A DNA stretch of 64,000 nucleotides from Patescibacteria group bacterium (lineage in GTDB: Bacteria > Patescibacteriota > Minisyncoccia > Phycocordibacterales > Phycocordibacteraceae): NCBI GenBank assembly GCA_004322365.1, contig SCTS01000006.1, positions 70,201 to 134,200 on the forward strand, in the 5' to 3' direction. The translations under genes and the position numbers were made by a program. The notes under the pieces were generated by a model. That model was not told the origin of the DNA. It was given only the letters and a program-made list of their open reading frames with translations, and made no database searches. Position 1 is the stretch's first letter. Every line of letters begins with the position of its first letter. Below, piece after piece: positions 55,998 through 64,000 of the stretch.

Positions 55998-56885
55998 TCA
56001 ATCCAACAACGCTTTGATTCTCTCTTCAACTGGAGGGTGAGTCATAAATAATTTAGTGACACCCTTCATTGCACCGGCGCCAAAAGGGTTCGCAATAAAG
56101 AGATGTGCTGTTGCTGTGTTTGCATTTCGCATTGGAGCACCATATGAACTAATTTTTTGTAACGCAGAAGCCAAACCTTCAGGATAGCGCGTGAGAAGTG
56201 CTCCTGATGCATCCGCTAAAAATTCGCGTTTGCGGGACACTGCCATCTTGATGAGTTGCGCTGCGATAGGAGCAAGGATTGCGGCAACAATACCTAAAAC
56301 AAGCATAATGACTCCTGCTTTGCTGTCGTTATCACGATTCCCTCCCCCAAAAAAAGACATACGGATAAACATGTCCGCAATAATCGCAATAAAGCCTGCG
56401 AGAACAACAGCGACCGTCATCACAAGCATGTCGCGATTTTTTATGTGACTCATTTCGTGAGCTATCACTCCTTCAAGTTCAGTCCGAGTCAGTATTGCCA
56501 AAAGCCCTGTCGTTGCACAAACCACCGCATGCTTTTCATTTCTACCAGTTGCAAATGCATTTGGCGCTGGGTCATTAATGACAAAAAGTTTTGGAAGCGG
56601 AAGACCTGCAGTGATAGCGAGGTTTTCAGCAACAGTATAAAAGTCAAAAAATTCCTCACGAGTGGCGGGGCGTGCGTGCGTCATTGAGAGAACAATTTTG
56701 TCAGAAAACCAGTAGCTCCCCACATTCATCACGAGTGCAAAGGCAACAGCAACATAGAGAATCGCCGAAGAGTTGTAGTACCAAGAAATCCCCCACCCAA
56801 TACCAATGACCACAATGAGAAACACTCCCATGAGAAGCCAAGTTTTTCGAATATTTGATGATTGATCTTGATAGAGGGTGGACAT
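55998..56885 (-). CDS. htpX: Zinc metalloprotease HtpX
   Basis: PNAFATG, HEMSH, SRKREFLAD, THPPVEERI; downstream of lemA. Confidence 0.95.
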   Translation of the reverse strand: MSTLYQDQSSNIRKTWLLMGVFLIVVIGIGWGISWYYNSSAILYVAVAFALVMNVGSYWFSDKIVLSMTHARPATREEFFDFYTVAENLAITAGLPLPKLFVINDPAPNAFATGRNEKHAVVCATTGLLAILTRTELEGVIAHEMSHIKNRDMLVMTVAVVLAGFIAIIADMFIRMSFFGGGNRDNDSKAGVIMLVLGIVAAILAPIAAQLIKMAVSRKREFLADASGALLTRYPEGLASALQKISSYGAPMRNANTATAHLFIANPFGAGAMKGVTKLFMTHPPVEERIKALLD

Positions 56886-56890
56886 ACTAA

Positions 56891-56965
56891 TTAGCTTACA
56901 GCTTTCAGGTTCTAGGTTCTAGCTTTCTGAAAAGCTGACAGCTGAAAGCCGGAAGCTGAAACCTG
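56891..56965. repeat. Inverted heptamer array
   Basis: cttacag ctttcag gttctag gttctag - spacer - ctgacag ctgaaag ccggaag ctgaaac. Confidence 0.85.
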
Positions 56966-56969
56966 CTCT

Positions 56970-57530
56970 TTAGAATTTCACTGCGACAGGTTGTTTCGCA
57001 GCTTGTTCGCCTTCGGCGAGTTCAAAGAGTTCCATTTGTGTGAACTTGAATGCGCCCGCAATAAGGTTTCCCGGGAACTGCTCAATAGCAGTGTTCAAGC
57101 TCATTACATTTGTGTTGTAGAAACGACGAGATGCCATTACTTTATTTTCAGTGTCCGAAAGCTCACGCTGTAACTCCAAAAAGTTTTGGTTTGCTTTCAA
57201 GTCTGGGTACGCTTCTGCAATTGCAAAGATACTCTTCAATGCTCCTGTGAGCATGTTTTCTGCCTGTGCATGATCAGCAACAGATGAAGCGCCCATAGCG
57301 GTAGCGCGTGCATTCGAAACATTTTCAAATGCCTGCTTTTCATGAGCTGCATAGCCCTTTACTGTTTCAATAAGGTTTGGGATGAGGTCGTAGCGACGCT
57401 TCATCTGCACCTCAATGTCAGACCACGCTTCTTTTGCTCGGTTTCTCAAACTAATAAAGCCGTTATATGCGGCAACAAGCCATGCAAGAACGACAGCGAC
57501 TACTGTAAGAACAATATATAGAATATTCAT
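56970..57530 (-). CDS. lemA: LemA family protein
   Basis: AWSDIEVQMKRRYDLIPNL, EAYPDLKANQNF, RRFYN; start at ATG 57530. Confidence 0.95.
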   Translation of the reverse strand: MNILYIVLTVVAVVLAWLVAAYNGFISLRNRAKEAWSDIEVQMKRRYDLIPNLIETVKGYAAHEKQAFENVSNARATAMGASSVADHAQAENMLTGALKSIFAIAEAYPDLKANQNFLELQRELSDTENKVMASRRFYNTNVMSLNTAIEQFPGNLIAGAFKFTQMELFELAEGEQAAKQPVAVKF

Positions 57531-57562
57531 ATTCCTTCTAGTATAGCAGATTTTCAGTTTTG

Positions 57563-57721
57563 CTACTCGTATGCTCCTGATGTTTGATTCCTGCGCCATT
57601 CGCGAAGAATGGCCGCCCATCCATCCCTAATGCATTTAGCCGCACCCTTGAAACTGCCTCTGAGTCCACGAGCCTCATGTCGATCTTTTGGATAATGGTC
57701 TTCAAACTTTCTGTGAGACAT
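57563..57721 (-). CDS. Possible small protein (52 aa)
   Basis: MSHRKFEDHYPKDRHEARG...; ATG ORF after AT-rich leader. Confidence 0.35.
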   Translation of the reverse strand: MSHRKFEDHYPKDRHEARGLRGSFKGAAKCIRDGWAAILREWRRNQTSGAYE

Positions 57722-57805
57722 GATTTCGATACTATGACAATAAATAAAATCTTTAATACAAAAAAACACTACCTCAGAGCTGAGAAGCTAACAACGAGTG
57801 CTAAA

Positions 57806-57964
57806 TCATTCCCAACGGTCAAAATTTTCGCCGTGTGGATTTCCTGGATGCGGTTCACGGTCAGCAGATGGATGCTCCTGATTACCAGCCGACTCTTGTT
57901 TGTCATTTCTCGGATCCACTTTCTCTGACTTAGGAGATCTATCCAATGCTTCTGATTTCGCCAT
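57806..57964 (-). CDS. Small hydrophilic protein (52 aa), not in ORF track
   Basis: MAKSEALDRSPKSEKVDPRNDKQESAGNQEHPSADREPHPGNPHGENFDRWE; upstream TTGACA and AT-rich leader. Confidence 0.45.
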   Translation of the reverse strand: MAKSEALDRSPKSEKVDPRNDKQESAGNQEHPSADREPHPGNPHGENFDRWE

Positions 57965-58152
57965 ACTTTTCAAAATAAAATATAAAAAATTATTCTAGGA
58001 TAATAATCCCAAAAGTTAGATTTGTCAAGAGCGGACAGGCACTTTCAACCTCCAACCGCCGGCTTATGCTACCGGTATATGTTCTGAAAATTACCGCATG
58101 GTAATTTTCAGAACATTCAAAACTATACGATATATCGTATAGTTTTATACCA

Positions 58153-58184
58153 TTAAAAATCCCGGCAAATGCCGGGATTTTTAA
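58153..58184 (-). terminator. Intrinsic terminator after groEL
   Basis: ttaaaaatcccggca-aa-tgccgggatttttaa. Confidence 0.85.
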
Positions 58185-58222
58185 AAATGAATTAATTTTC
58201 TTACCTAAACGCTAACCACTAG

Positions 58223-59863
58223 CTAGTAGTCCATTCCGCCTCCAGGTGCACCACCCATTTCTTTCTTTTCTTCAGACTCCTCCGCGATAGCAACTTCAGT
58301 AGTAAGAAGAATAGCTGCTGCGGAAACTGCATGCTCGAGTCCTCCTCGGGTTACTTTCACTGGATCAATGATTCCAGCAACCATCATATCGGGAACAATT
58401 TCATCTTTGACTGCATCGTATCCAGCAAAACCTTTTGCCTTCTTTACTGCCTCAACAATAACTTCCCCGCTTTCTTTACCTGCATTCATTGCAATCTGTT
58501 TAAGAGGTTTCAAAAGAGCCGAAAGAACGATGCGGAAACCAATCTCTTCTTCCTTCGACATACTCTTCCAGTCCGCATCTGCTTCAGCTTTTGCTGCTGC
58601 CTTCACGAGAGCAGTACCACCTCCAGGAACAATACCTTCAGCAATGGCAGCTTTCGTAGCATTCACCGCATCCTCAATTTTATCTTTCAAATACCTCATT
58701 TCGGTTTCTGTTGCTGCACCAACACGAATGACTGCAACACCTCCTGACAACTTTGCAATGCGCTCTTCAATTTTTTCTTTATCGAACTTAGAAGTAATTG
58801 CTTCAAGTTGCTTCTTCAAAGATGCAACACGTGCGTCAATTACAGACTTCTTTCCTTTTCCACCAACAATAATTGTTGAGTCTTTTGTTGCAATAACTTT
58901 CTGTGCACGTCCAAGAACGGAAATATCCACCTTGTCTAAGGTCATACCTGTTTCTTCAGAAACAACAGTAGTGCCGATTGTCGAAGCGATGTCAGCAAGC
59001 ATGTCTTTCTTTCTATCGCCGTACCCTGGGGCTTTTACTGCGAGCACACTGAAAGCTCCGCGAAGTTTGTTCACCACAAATGTTGTGAGTGCTTCCCCTT
59101 CTACATCGTCTGCAATAATGACGAGCTCTTTCTTGCCTGTCTTTGCGATAGCCTCAAGTATTGGAAGAATCTCTTGAATTGAAGCGATTTTTTTATCAGT
59201 GACGAGAATTGGTGCATCACGATATTCCGCTTCCATTCTTTCAGGATTCGTAATCATGTAGTGCGAAACATATCCGCGATCAAACTCCATGCCCTCTACA
59301 ACTTCTTTTTCAATACCAAACGACTGCGACTCTTCAACCGTCACCACGCCATTTTGACCAACCTCTTTTATTACCTCACCAATTGTTTTACCAATGTCCT
59401 CAGACTCTGCTGAGATAGTTGCCACCTGCTTGATGACTTTATTGTCTCCTGCGACTGGCTTTGCCATTGATTTGAGTGCTTTCACCGCAGCTTCTGCAGC
59501 GTGCTCCATACCAGTGCGAATGCCCATGGCATTCAAGCCCATCGCTGTGTGCTTCATACCTTCATCAACAAGTGCCTGAAACAAAACAACTGAAGTGGTG
59601 GTGCCATCGCCCGCCATATCATTAGTCTTACTTGCAACTTCTTTCACCAACTCAGCACCCATGTTTTGGAATTTGTCTTTGAGGGTGATTTCTTTTGCGA
59701 TAGTCACACCGTCGTTCGTCATGTGTGGTCCACCGTAGCCTTTATCGAGAATGACATTGCGTCCTCGAGGCCCAAGCGTAACCTTTACTGCCCGCGCAAC
59801 AATATCAATACCAGTCTTTACTGCATTTCGTGCGTCTGCTTCAAAAAGAATTTTTTTTGCCAT
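58223..59863 (-). CDS. groL: Chaperonin GroEL
   Basis: TLGPRGRNV, NDGVTIA, AGDGTTT, ERIAKLSGGVAV, GGM tail. Confidence 0.98.
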   Translation of the reverse strand: MAKKILFEADARNAVKTGIDIVARAVKVTLGPRGRNVILDKGYGGPHMTNDGVTIAKEITLKDKFQNMGAELVKEVASKTNDMAGDGTTTSVVLFQALVDEGMKHTAMGLNAMGIRTGMEHAAEAAVKALKSMAKPVAGDNKVIKQVATISAESEDIGKTIGEVIKEVGQNGVVTVEESQSFGIEKEVVEGMEFDRGYVSHYMITNPERMEAEYRDAPILVTDKKIASIQEILPILEAIAKTGKKELVIIADDVEGEALTTFVVNKLRGAFSVLAVKAPGYGDRKKDMLADIASTIGTTVVSEETGMTLDKVDISVLGRAQKVIATKDSTIIVGGKGKKSVIDARVASLKKQLEAITSKFDKEKIEERIAKLSGGVAVIRVGAATETEMRYLKDKIEDAVNATKAAIAEGIVPGGGTALVKAAAKAEADADWKSMSKEEEIGFRIVLSALLKPLKQIAMNAGKESGEVIVEAVKKAKGFAGYDAVKDEIVPDMMVAGIIDPVKVTRGGLEHAVSAAAILLTTEVAIAEESEEKKEMGGAPGGGMDY

Positions 59864-59908
59864 GATTAGTTTTTGTTAGTGAGTGATAACGAGCTTAGAA
59901 AAACTTTC

Positions 59909-59964
59909 ACCCTGCTAAATCCCCGTCTCGGGGACGCTTGCTCTGCAAGCGTATTTAACAGGGT
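59909..59964. repeat. 56 bp MITE/REP-like element with terminal inverted repeats
   Basis: accctgctaaat ... atttaacagggt enclosing two GC-rich hairpins. Confidence 0.7.
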
Positions 59965-60000
59965 CTAAGAAATTCTAATTCACCTTGTTCATAATAATTT

Positions 60001-60357
60001 CTAAGAAAGGACGGCGAGGATGTCTGATTCGTTCACAATAAAATATTCAACACCGTTCACTTTTACTTCACTGTAGCCATACTTTGAGAACATTACCTTG
60101 TCTCCAATTTTTACTGATACTGGAATTCGTTTTTCACCGTCTTCATCCCATTTACCAGGACCTACTGCAACAACTTTCCCTTGTTCAGGTTTTTCCTTTG
60201 CTGTATCAGGAATAATGATACCCGAAAGTGTCCGCGACCCAGCCTCCTCGGCTGAAAGTGGTTTGATTACTACTCTGTCACTCAAAGGGCGAATAGATAC
60301 TCCTGTGTTCGTTTGAACACTAGTTTTTGTAGACGAAGTCTTTTTCGTTTTAGCCAT
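60001..60357 (-). CDS. groS: Co-chaperonin GroES
   Basis: [35 protein letters not shown]; N-terminal extension. Confidence 0.96.
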   Translation of the reverse strand: MAKTKKTSSTKTSVQTNTGVSIRPLSDRVVIKPLSAEEAGSRTLSGIIIPDTAKEKPEQGKVVAVGPGKWDEDGEKRIPVSVKIGDKVMFSKYGYSEVKVNGVEYFIVNESDILAVLS

Positions 60358-60414
60358 ATCTGATATCAATTCGTTAGAACTAAAGACATGGGTATATACC
60401 CATGATGTCTGGTT

Positions 60415-60443
60415 AGTATAAGGAAACGCCTTTGTACAGTCAA
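60415..60443 (-). promoter_or_regulatory. Sigma70-type promoter of groES-groEL
   Basis: TTGACT-N17-TATACT. Confidence 0.75.
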
Positions 60444-60540
60444 TAAAATGGGGGTCACGCTTTACCTATTCCTCTAACGGCTCATCAACAGGAGTATTGC
60501 CTCTTTTTCAATGGCCGTGGTATCCTAGCGAACAGGCACT

Positions 60541-60771
60541 ATGGCTCTCATTCACAGTCTCCTTCCAGGAGCACAAGTCATTCTCTCAATCCTCCTTATA
60601 GGAGCAATCCTTCTCCAACAGCGTGGAGCTGGCTTGGGAGGTGCCTTTGGCGACAGTACACAAGAAAGTTTCTACACCAGACGCGGAGCAGAGCTGTTCC
60701 TTTTCCGAAGCTCAATCGTTCTTGCGGTGTTATTTGCTCTCTCGGCACTACTTGCGCTGATTACGGCTTAG
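60541..60771 (+). CDS. secG: Preprotein translocase subunit SecG
   Basis: ILLQQRGAGLGGAFG...TRRGAE, two TM helices. Confidence 0.92.
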   Translation: MALIHSLLPGAQVILSILLIGAILLQQRGAGLGGAFGDSTQESFYTRRGAELFLFRSSIVLAVLFALSALLALITA

Positions 60772-60824
60772 TAATTCAAAATCGCCCGTCAATATAAGAC
60801 GCGATTCGTTCTCATTCCATACAA

Positions 60825-62573
60825 ATGGCATCACTACGAGCATTTCTTCGTGCATTTCTCAAAAATCGAACAACCCGTTCGCTTCAGAAACTTGAGGCAG
60901 TATCAGTTGTTCTAAAGCCATCTGATTGGTTGGTTATTGGGTTTTTCGGTGTGCTTATGGCCTTCAGTACGGCATCAATGCTCGCCTCCATCTCTTTAGC
61001 GCTCGCCGTTGAAGTACCCGCACGAGGTGGCACCTACACAGAAGGACTTGCTGAGTCACCTCGGTTTATCAACCCATTGTTAGCTATTTCTGATACTGAC
61101 CGAGATCTCACGGTATTAGTATTTTCAGGCTTACTCCGTGCAAAACAAGACGGGTCACTCGCGCCTGACCTAGCGGAGTCATACACAATAAGCGATGACC
61201 AACTAACCTATACATTTACACTAAACGACCGTGCCCGTTTCCATGACGGAACTCCTGTGACTGCCGAAGATGTTGCATTTACTGTAGAGGCAGCAGGAAA
61301 TCCCAATATTAAAAGTCCGCGCCAAGCAGATTGGGAGGGTGTGAGCATAACAGTTGTTAATCCAAAAACAATTTCATTTACACTTAAAAGCCCCTACGCA
61401 CCCTTCTTGGAAAATATGACACTGGGTATTTTGCCAAAACATATCTGGAAAAATGTAACTCCGGAAGAATTTCCATTCAGTACGATAAATGCAAACCCTA
61501 TAGGGTCTGGGCCATATAAAGTGACCGATCTGAAACGCAACAGTTCTGGCATTCCAACTGAATATCGTTTTACTGGCGTTTCGGAAGGCACAAGAATTCC
61601 CTACATACAGCAATTTATTTTCAAAATATATGCAAATGGAGACGACTTGAAAAATGCTCTCAACAAAGGCGAAGTTGATGGAGCTCATTCTATCCTTACA
61701 ACAAACCTTGTTGGTGCACACGCAATAAACGAAGCGGTACTGGGACGAGTGTTTAGTGTATTCTTCAATCAAAGTCAAAATAAGATTTTCGCTGAGACAG
61801 CAGTTAGGAAGGCATTGAACACAGCAGTTGACAAAGACGCTCTAGTGAGTACAGTGCTTCGAGGTCACGGTTCCGTCATCGACGGGCCACTCCCTCCTGA
61901 TTCTATTGGGAATATTGTGAAAGATCAGCGATCTTCCGATACTCGAGTGGCAGAAGCGCAAGCAATTCTTGTAAAAGCTGGTTGGAAAGCTGGGGAAGAC
62001 GGTATTTTTATAAAAACAGTCGGAAGTGGGAAAAAGAAAGAAGTCCAAAGACTTTCCTTCTCGCTTTCAACCTCGAATGTACCTGAATTGAAGCGAACGG
62101 CAGAGCTCGTTGCGGAAGACTGGAAAAAGATTGGTGCTGAAGTAGAATTGAAGTTCTTTGATCAAAATGATTTGAATGTTGGAGTTATTCGTCCACGCAA
62201 ATACGATGCCCTACTGTTCGGTCTAGTTGTGGGGCGAGACTTGGATCTTTTTGCCTTCTGGCACTCAAGTCAGCGTAACGACCCAGGTCTTAATATTGCA
62301 CTCTATGCTAATGTTGAGGCAGACAAGAAGCTCACTGCACTACGCACATTAGCTGACCCTTCGCTTCGACTAGAAAGAGCTCGCTCAATTGCTAAAGACA
62401 TAACCAATGATACCGCTGCCGTTTTCTTATACACACCATACTTCGTGTATGTAACACCAAAAAATCTCGGAGGTATGACATTAGGAACCATTGCAAATCC
62501 GAGTGACCGATTCAACACTGCAGACAATTGGTATCTTAAAACCGAACGAATCTGGCCAATTTTCAGAAAATAA
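60825..62573 (+). CDS. ABC transporter substrate-binding protein, family 5 (OppA/DppA-like)
   Basis: FINPLL, PDLAESY, FHDGTPVTAEDVAFT, PIGSGPY, FWHSSQ. Confidence 0.9.
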   Translation: MASLRAFLRAFLKNRTTRSLQKLEAVSVVLKPSDWLVIGFFGVLMAFSTASMLASISLALAVEVPARGGTYTEGLAESPRFINPLLAISDTDRDLTVLVFSGLLRAKQDGSLAPDLAESYTISDDQLTYTFTLNDRARFHDGTPVTAEDVAFTVEAAGNPNIKSPRQADWEGVSITVVNPKTISFTLKSPYAPFLENMTLGILPKHIWKNVTPEEFPFSTINANPIGSGPYKVTDLKRNSSGIPTEYRFTGVSEGTRIPYIQQFIFKIYANGDDLKNALNKGEVDGAHSILTTNLVGAHAINEAVLGRVFSVFFNQSQNKIFAETAVRKALNTAVDKDALVSTVLRGHGSVIDGPLPPDSIGNIVKDQRSSDTRVAEAQAILVKAGWKAGEDGIFIKTVGSGKKKEVQRLSFSLSTSNVPELKRTAELVAEDWKKIGAEVELKFFDQNDLNVGVIRPRKYDALLFGLVVGRDLDLFAFWHSSQRNDPGLNIALYANVEADKKLTALRTLADPSLRLERARSIAKDITNDTAAVFLYTPYFVYVTPKNLGGMTLGTIANPSDRFNTADNWYLKTERIWPIFRK

Positions 62574-62659
62574 TATCACCGTATTAAAAAAGGAAACACA
62601 AAAATCATCTTCAAAAAAAATTATTTAAAAAATTAAAATAGTAAACACACTTAAAACAC

Positions 62660-64000
62660 ATGAACACTCCATCTAGAGGTCCAAACCCACAGTCAAGAGA
62701 TAGACCGCGCCCTACTCAAAATACTCGTACTGGCCGAGCGCGTCCATTTAATGCACTCCCTGGAAGAGGGATGGGGCAACCCGCACGACCAAGCGCTCCG
62801 ACTTCGGGAAGACAAGGGCCATCACGCGGACCAAGACGGCCTCAAGGTGCTCCAGGTAATGGACCACGCCGGCACGCTCGACCTCGTTCAAATAACCGCC
62901 CAATGCGTGCAACTCCCCCACCAAGAGAGCCTTCAGTTCGCGACATGAACGCAGTCGACCGCGTTGTACTTCCCCCATTAAATGAAGACACGGTTCGCAT
63001 TATGCCAATTGGTGGTGTTGAAGAAGTGGGTCGCAACATGATGATTTTTGAATTGCCACAAGGCATAATTATTTCAGATGTTGGATTTCAATTCGTTTCA
63101 GAAGAGGCAACCCCCGGCGTCGACTACATACTTCCAAACACTCGCTACCTTGAAGAAAACAAAGATCGCATCTTAGGTATTTTCATAACACACGGACACC
63201 TCGACCACATTGGCGGTATTCCCTACATCATTGACCGTATTGGTAATCCACCAATCTATACGCAGTACCTTACGTCCTTGATGATTAAGCGTCGACAGGA
63301 AGAATTTCCACATATTGCCGACATTGATGTTCGAGTCATCGAGCCCGGTGGACGCGTTTCAGTGAGTTTGCCTGGAGGAGATCCAGTCATAGTAAAAACA
63401 TTCCCTGTTACCCATTCCATTCCAGACGCTATGGGCCTTTCAATCCAAACCAAGCACGGAAACATCGTGATTTCTGGGGACTTACGATTGGAACATGAAG
63501 ACGGCATACCAACCCCGAAGGAAGAAAAACACTGGGGTGCGCTCGGAAAAGATAAAAATCTTATATTCATCGCTGACTCTACAAATGCTGAGCGAGATGG
63601 TTTCTCAATTCCTGAATCGCGCGTCTATACAACCCTTGAAGACATCATTAAGTCAGTGAAGGGACGCCTCATCATCGGAACATTCTCGTCCCAGTTTGAG
63701 CGCATGATTCACATCATCAAGGTTTCTGAAAACCTTGGTAAGAAAATAATTACTGAAGGTAGATCTATCAAGACAAACATTGAAATCGCTCAGCGTGCAA
63801 ATATCTTTACCCCAAAGCCAGGCACCATGATTCGTGCTGAAGACATTAATGACTACCCAGCAGACCGTATCGTCATTATTGCTACAGGCTCACAAGGTGA
63901 GGACACCGCAGCTCTGATGCGTATCGCTACAAAAAAACACAAGAACATTGCCTTCACTGATCGCGATACCATAATTCTTTCTTCATCAGTTATTCCTGGT
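62660..64000 (+). CDS. rnj: Ribonuclease J (runs off window end) with long N-terminal extension
   Basis: Manual translation gives IGGVEEVGRNM, THGHLDHIGG, VTHSIPD, SGD, DSTNA, TGSQGE, SVIPG; ATG 62660 is in frame. Confidence 0.93.
   Translation, partial: MNTPSRGPNPQSRDRPRPTQNTRTGRARPFNALPGRGMGQPARPSAPTSGRQGPSRGPRRPQGAPGNGPRRHARPRSNNRPMRATPPPREPSVRDMNAVDRVVLPPLNEDTVRIMPIGGVEEVGRNMMIFELPQGIIISDVGFQFVSEEATPGVDYILPNTRYLEENKDRILGIFITHGHLDHIGGIPYIIDRIGNPPIYTQYLTSLMIKRRQEEFPHIADIDVRVIEPGGRVSVSLPGGDPVIVKTFPVTHSIPDAMGLSIQTKHGNIVISGDLRLEHEDGIPTPKEEKHWGALGKDKNLIFIADSTNAERDGFSIPESRVYTTLEDIIKSVKGRLIIGTFSSQFERMIHIIKVSENLGKKIITEGRSIKTNIEIAQRANIFTPKPGTMIRAEDINDYPADRIVIIATGSQGEDTAALMRIATKKHKNIAFTDRDTIILSSSVIPG

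Noticed and set aside
57796-57804. CIRCE element
   Set aside because: Only the GAGTGCTAA half-site is present, with no TTAGCACTC 9 nt upstream, and it is not upstream of groES.
58368-59177. Long antisense ORFs (also within ftsA, ftsZ, murJ, gyrA)
   Set aside because: Shadow frames opposite well-supported conserved genes.
1-64000. Alternative genetic code (UGA recoded as Gly)
   Set aside because: Conserved genes translate full-length in code 11, and TGA serves as a plausible stop (e.g. 3578, alkA).
1-64000. Integrase, transposase, prophage, intron or intein
   Set aside because: No ORF with recognisable motifs; gyrA and all tRNAs are uninterrupted.

Overview
This window is a ~44% GC (by eye) bacterial chromosome segment using the standard genetic code. 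Gene content and style point to Patescibacteria/CPR (Parcubacteria-like): a short IF-2, a four-domain S1, a tandem array of VirB2-like pilins, a cupin-type PGI and few Shine-Dalgarno sites. The taxonomy is an inference. Most of the window is housekeeping: clpB/C (partial), iscS, infB, rbfA, gyrA, rpsA, pth, lepB, rpsU, ybeY, ftsA, ftsZ, trxB, ahcY, tsaC, tsaD, orn, valS, lepA, murJ, htpX, lemA, groEL/ES, secG and rnj (partial), plus RNase P RNA and 11 tRNAs. The most unusual signal is non-coding. At least five tRNA genes (Cys, Leu-TAA, Lys, Arg, Ser-GGA) are followed by a 130-320 bp structured element holding an inverted copy of that tRNA's own T-arm/acceptor end, then stem-loops, then a direct copy of the same end. 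Three of them (Cys, Leu, Lys) share a core motif. At tRNA-Ser(GGA), further degenerate copies of the tRNA end separate single accessory genes like cassettes. Also seen: an ECF sigma stress module with readable TGTAAC-N16-CG(A/T)C promoters, several unannotated 34-57 aa ORFs (two sharing a duplicated upstream motif), several dispersed repeat families (two inserted in-frame in valS and tsaD), and widespread leaderless-type or tRNA-abutting gene starts. No CRISPR array, integrase or transposase was seen.
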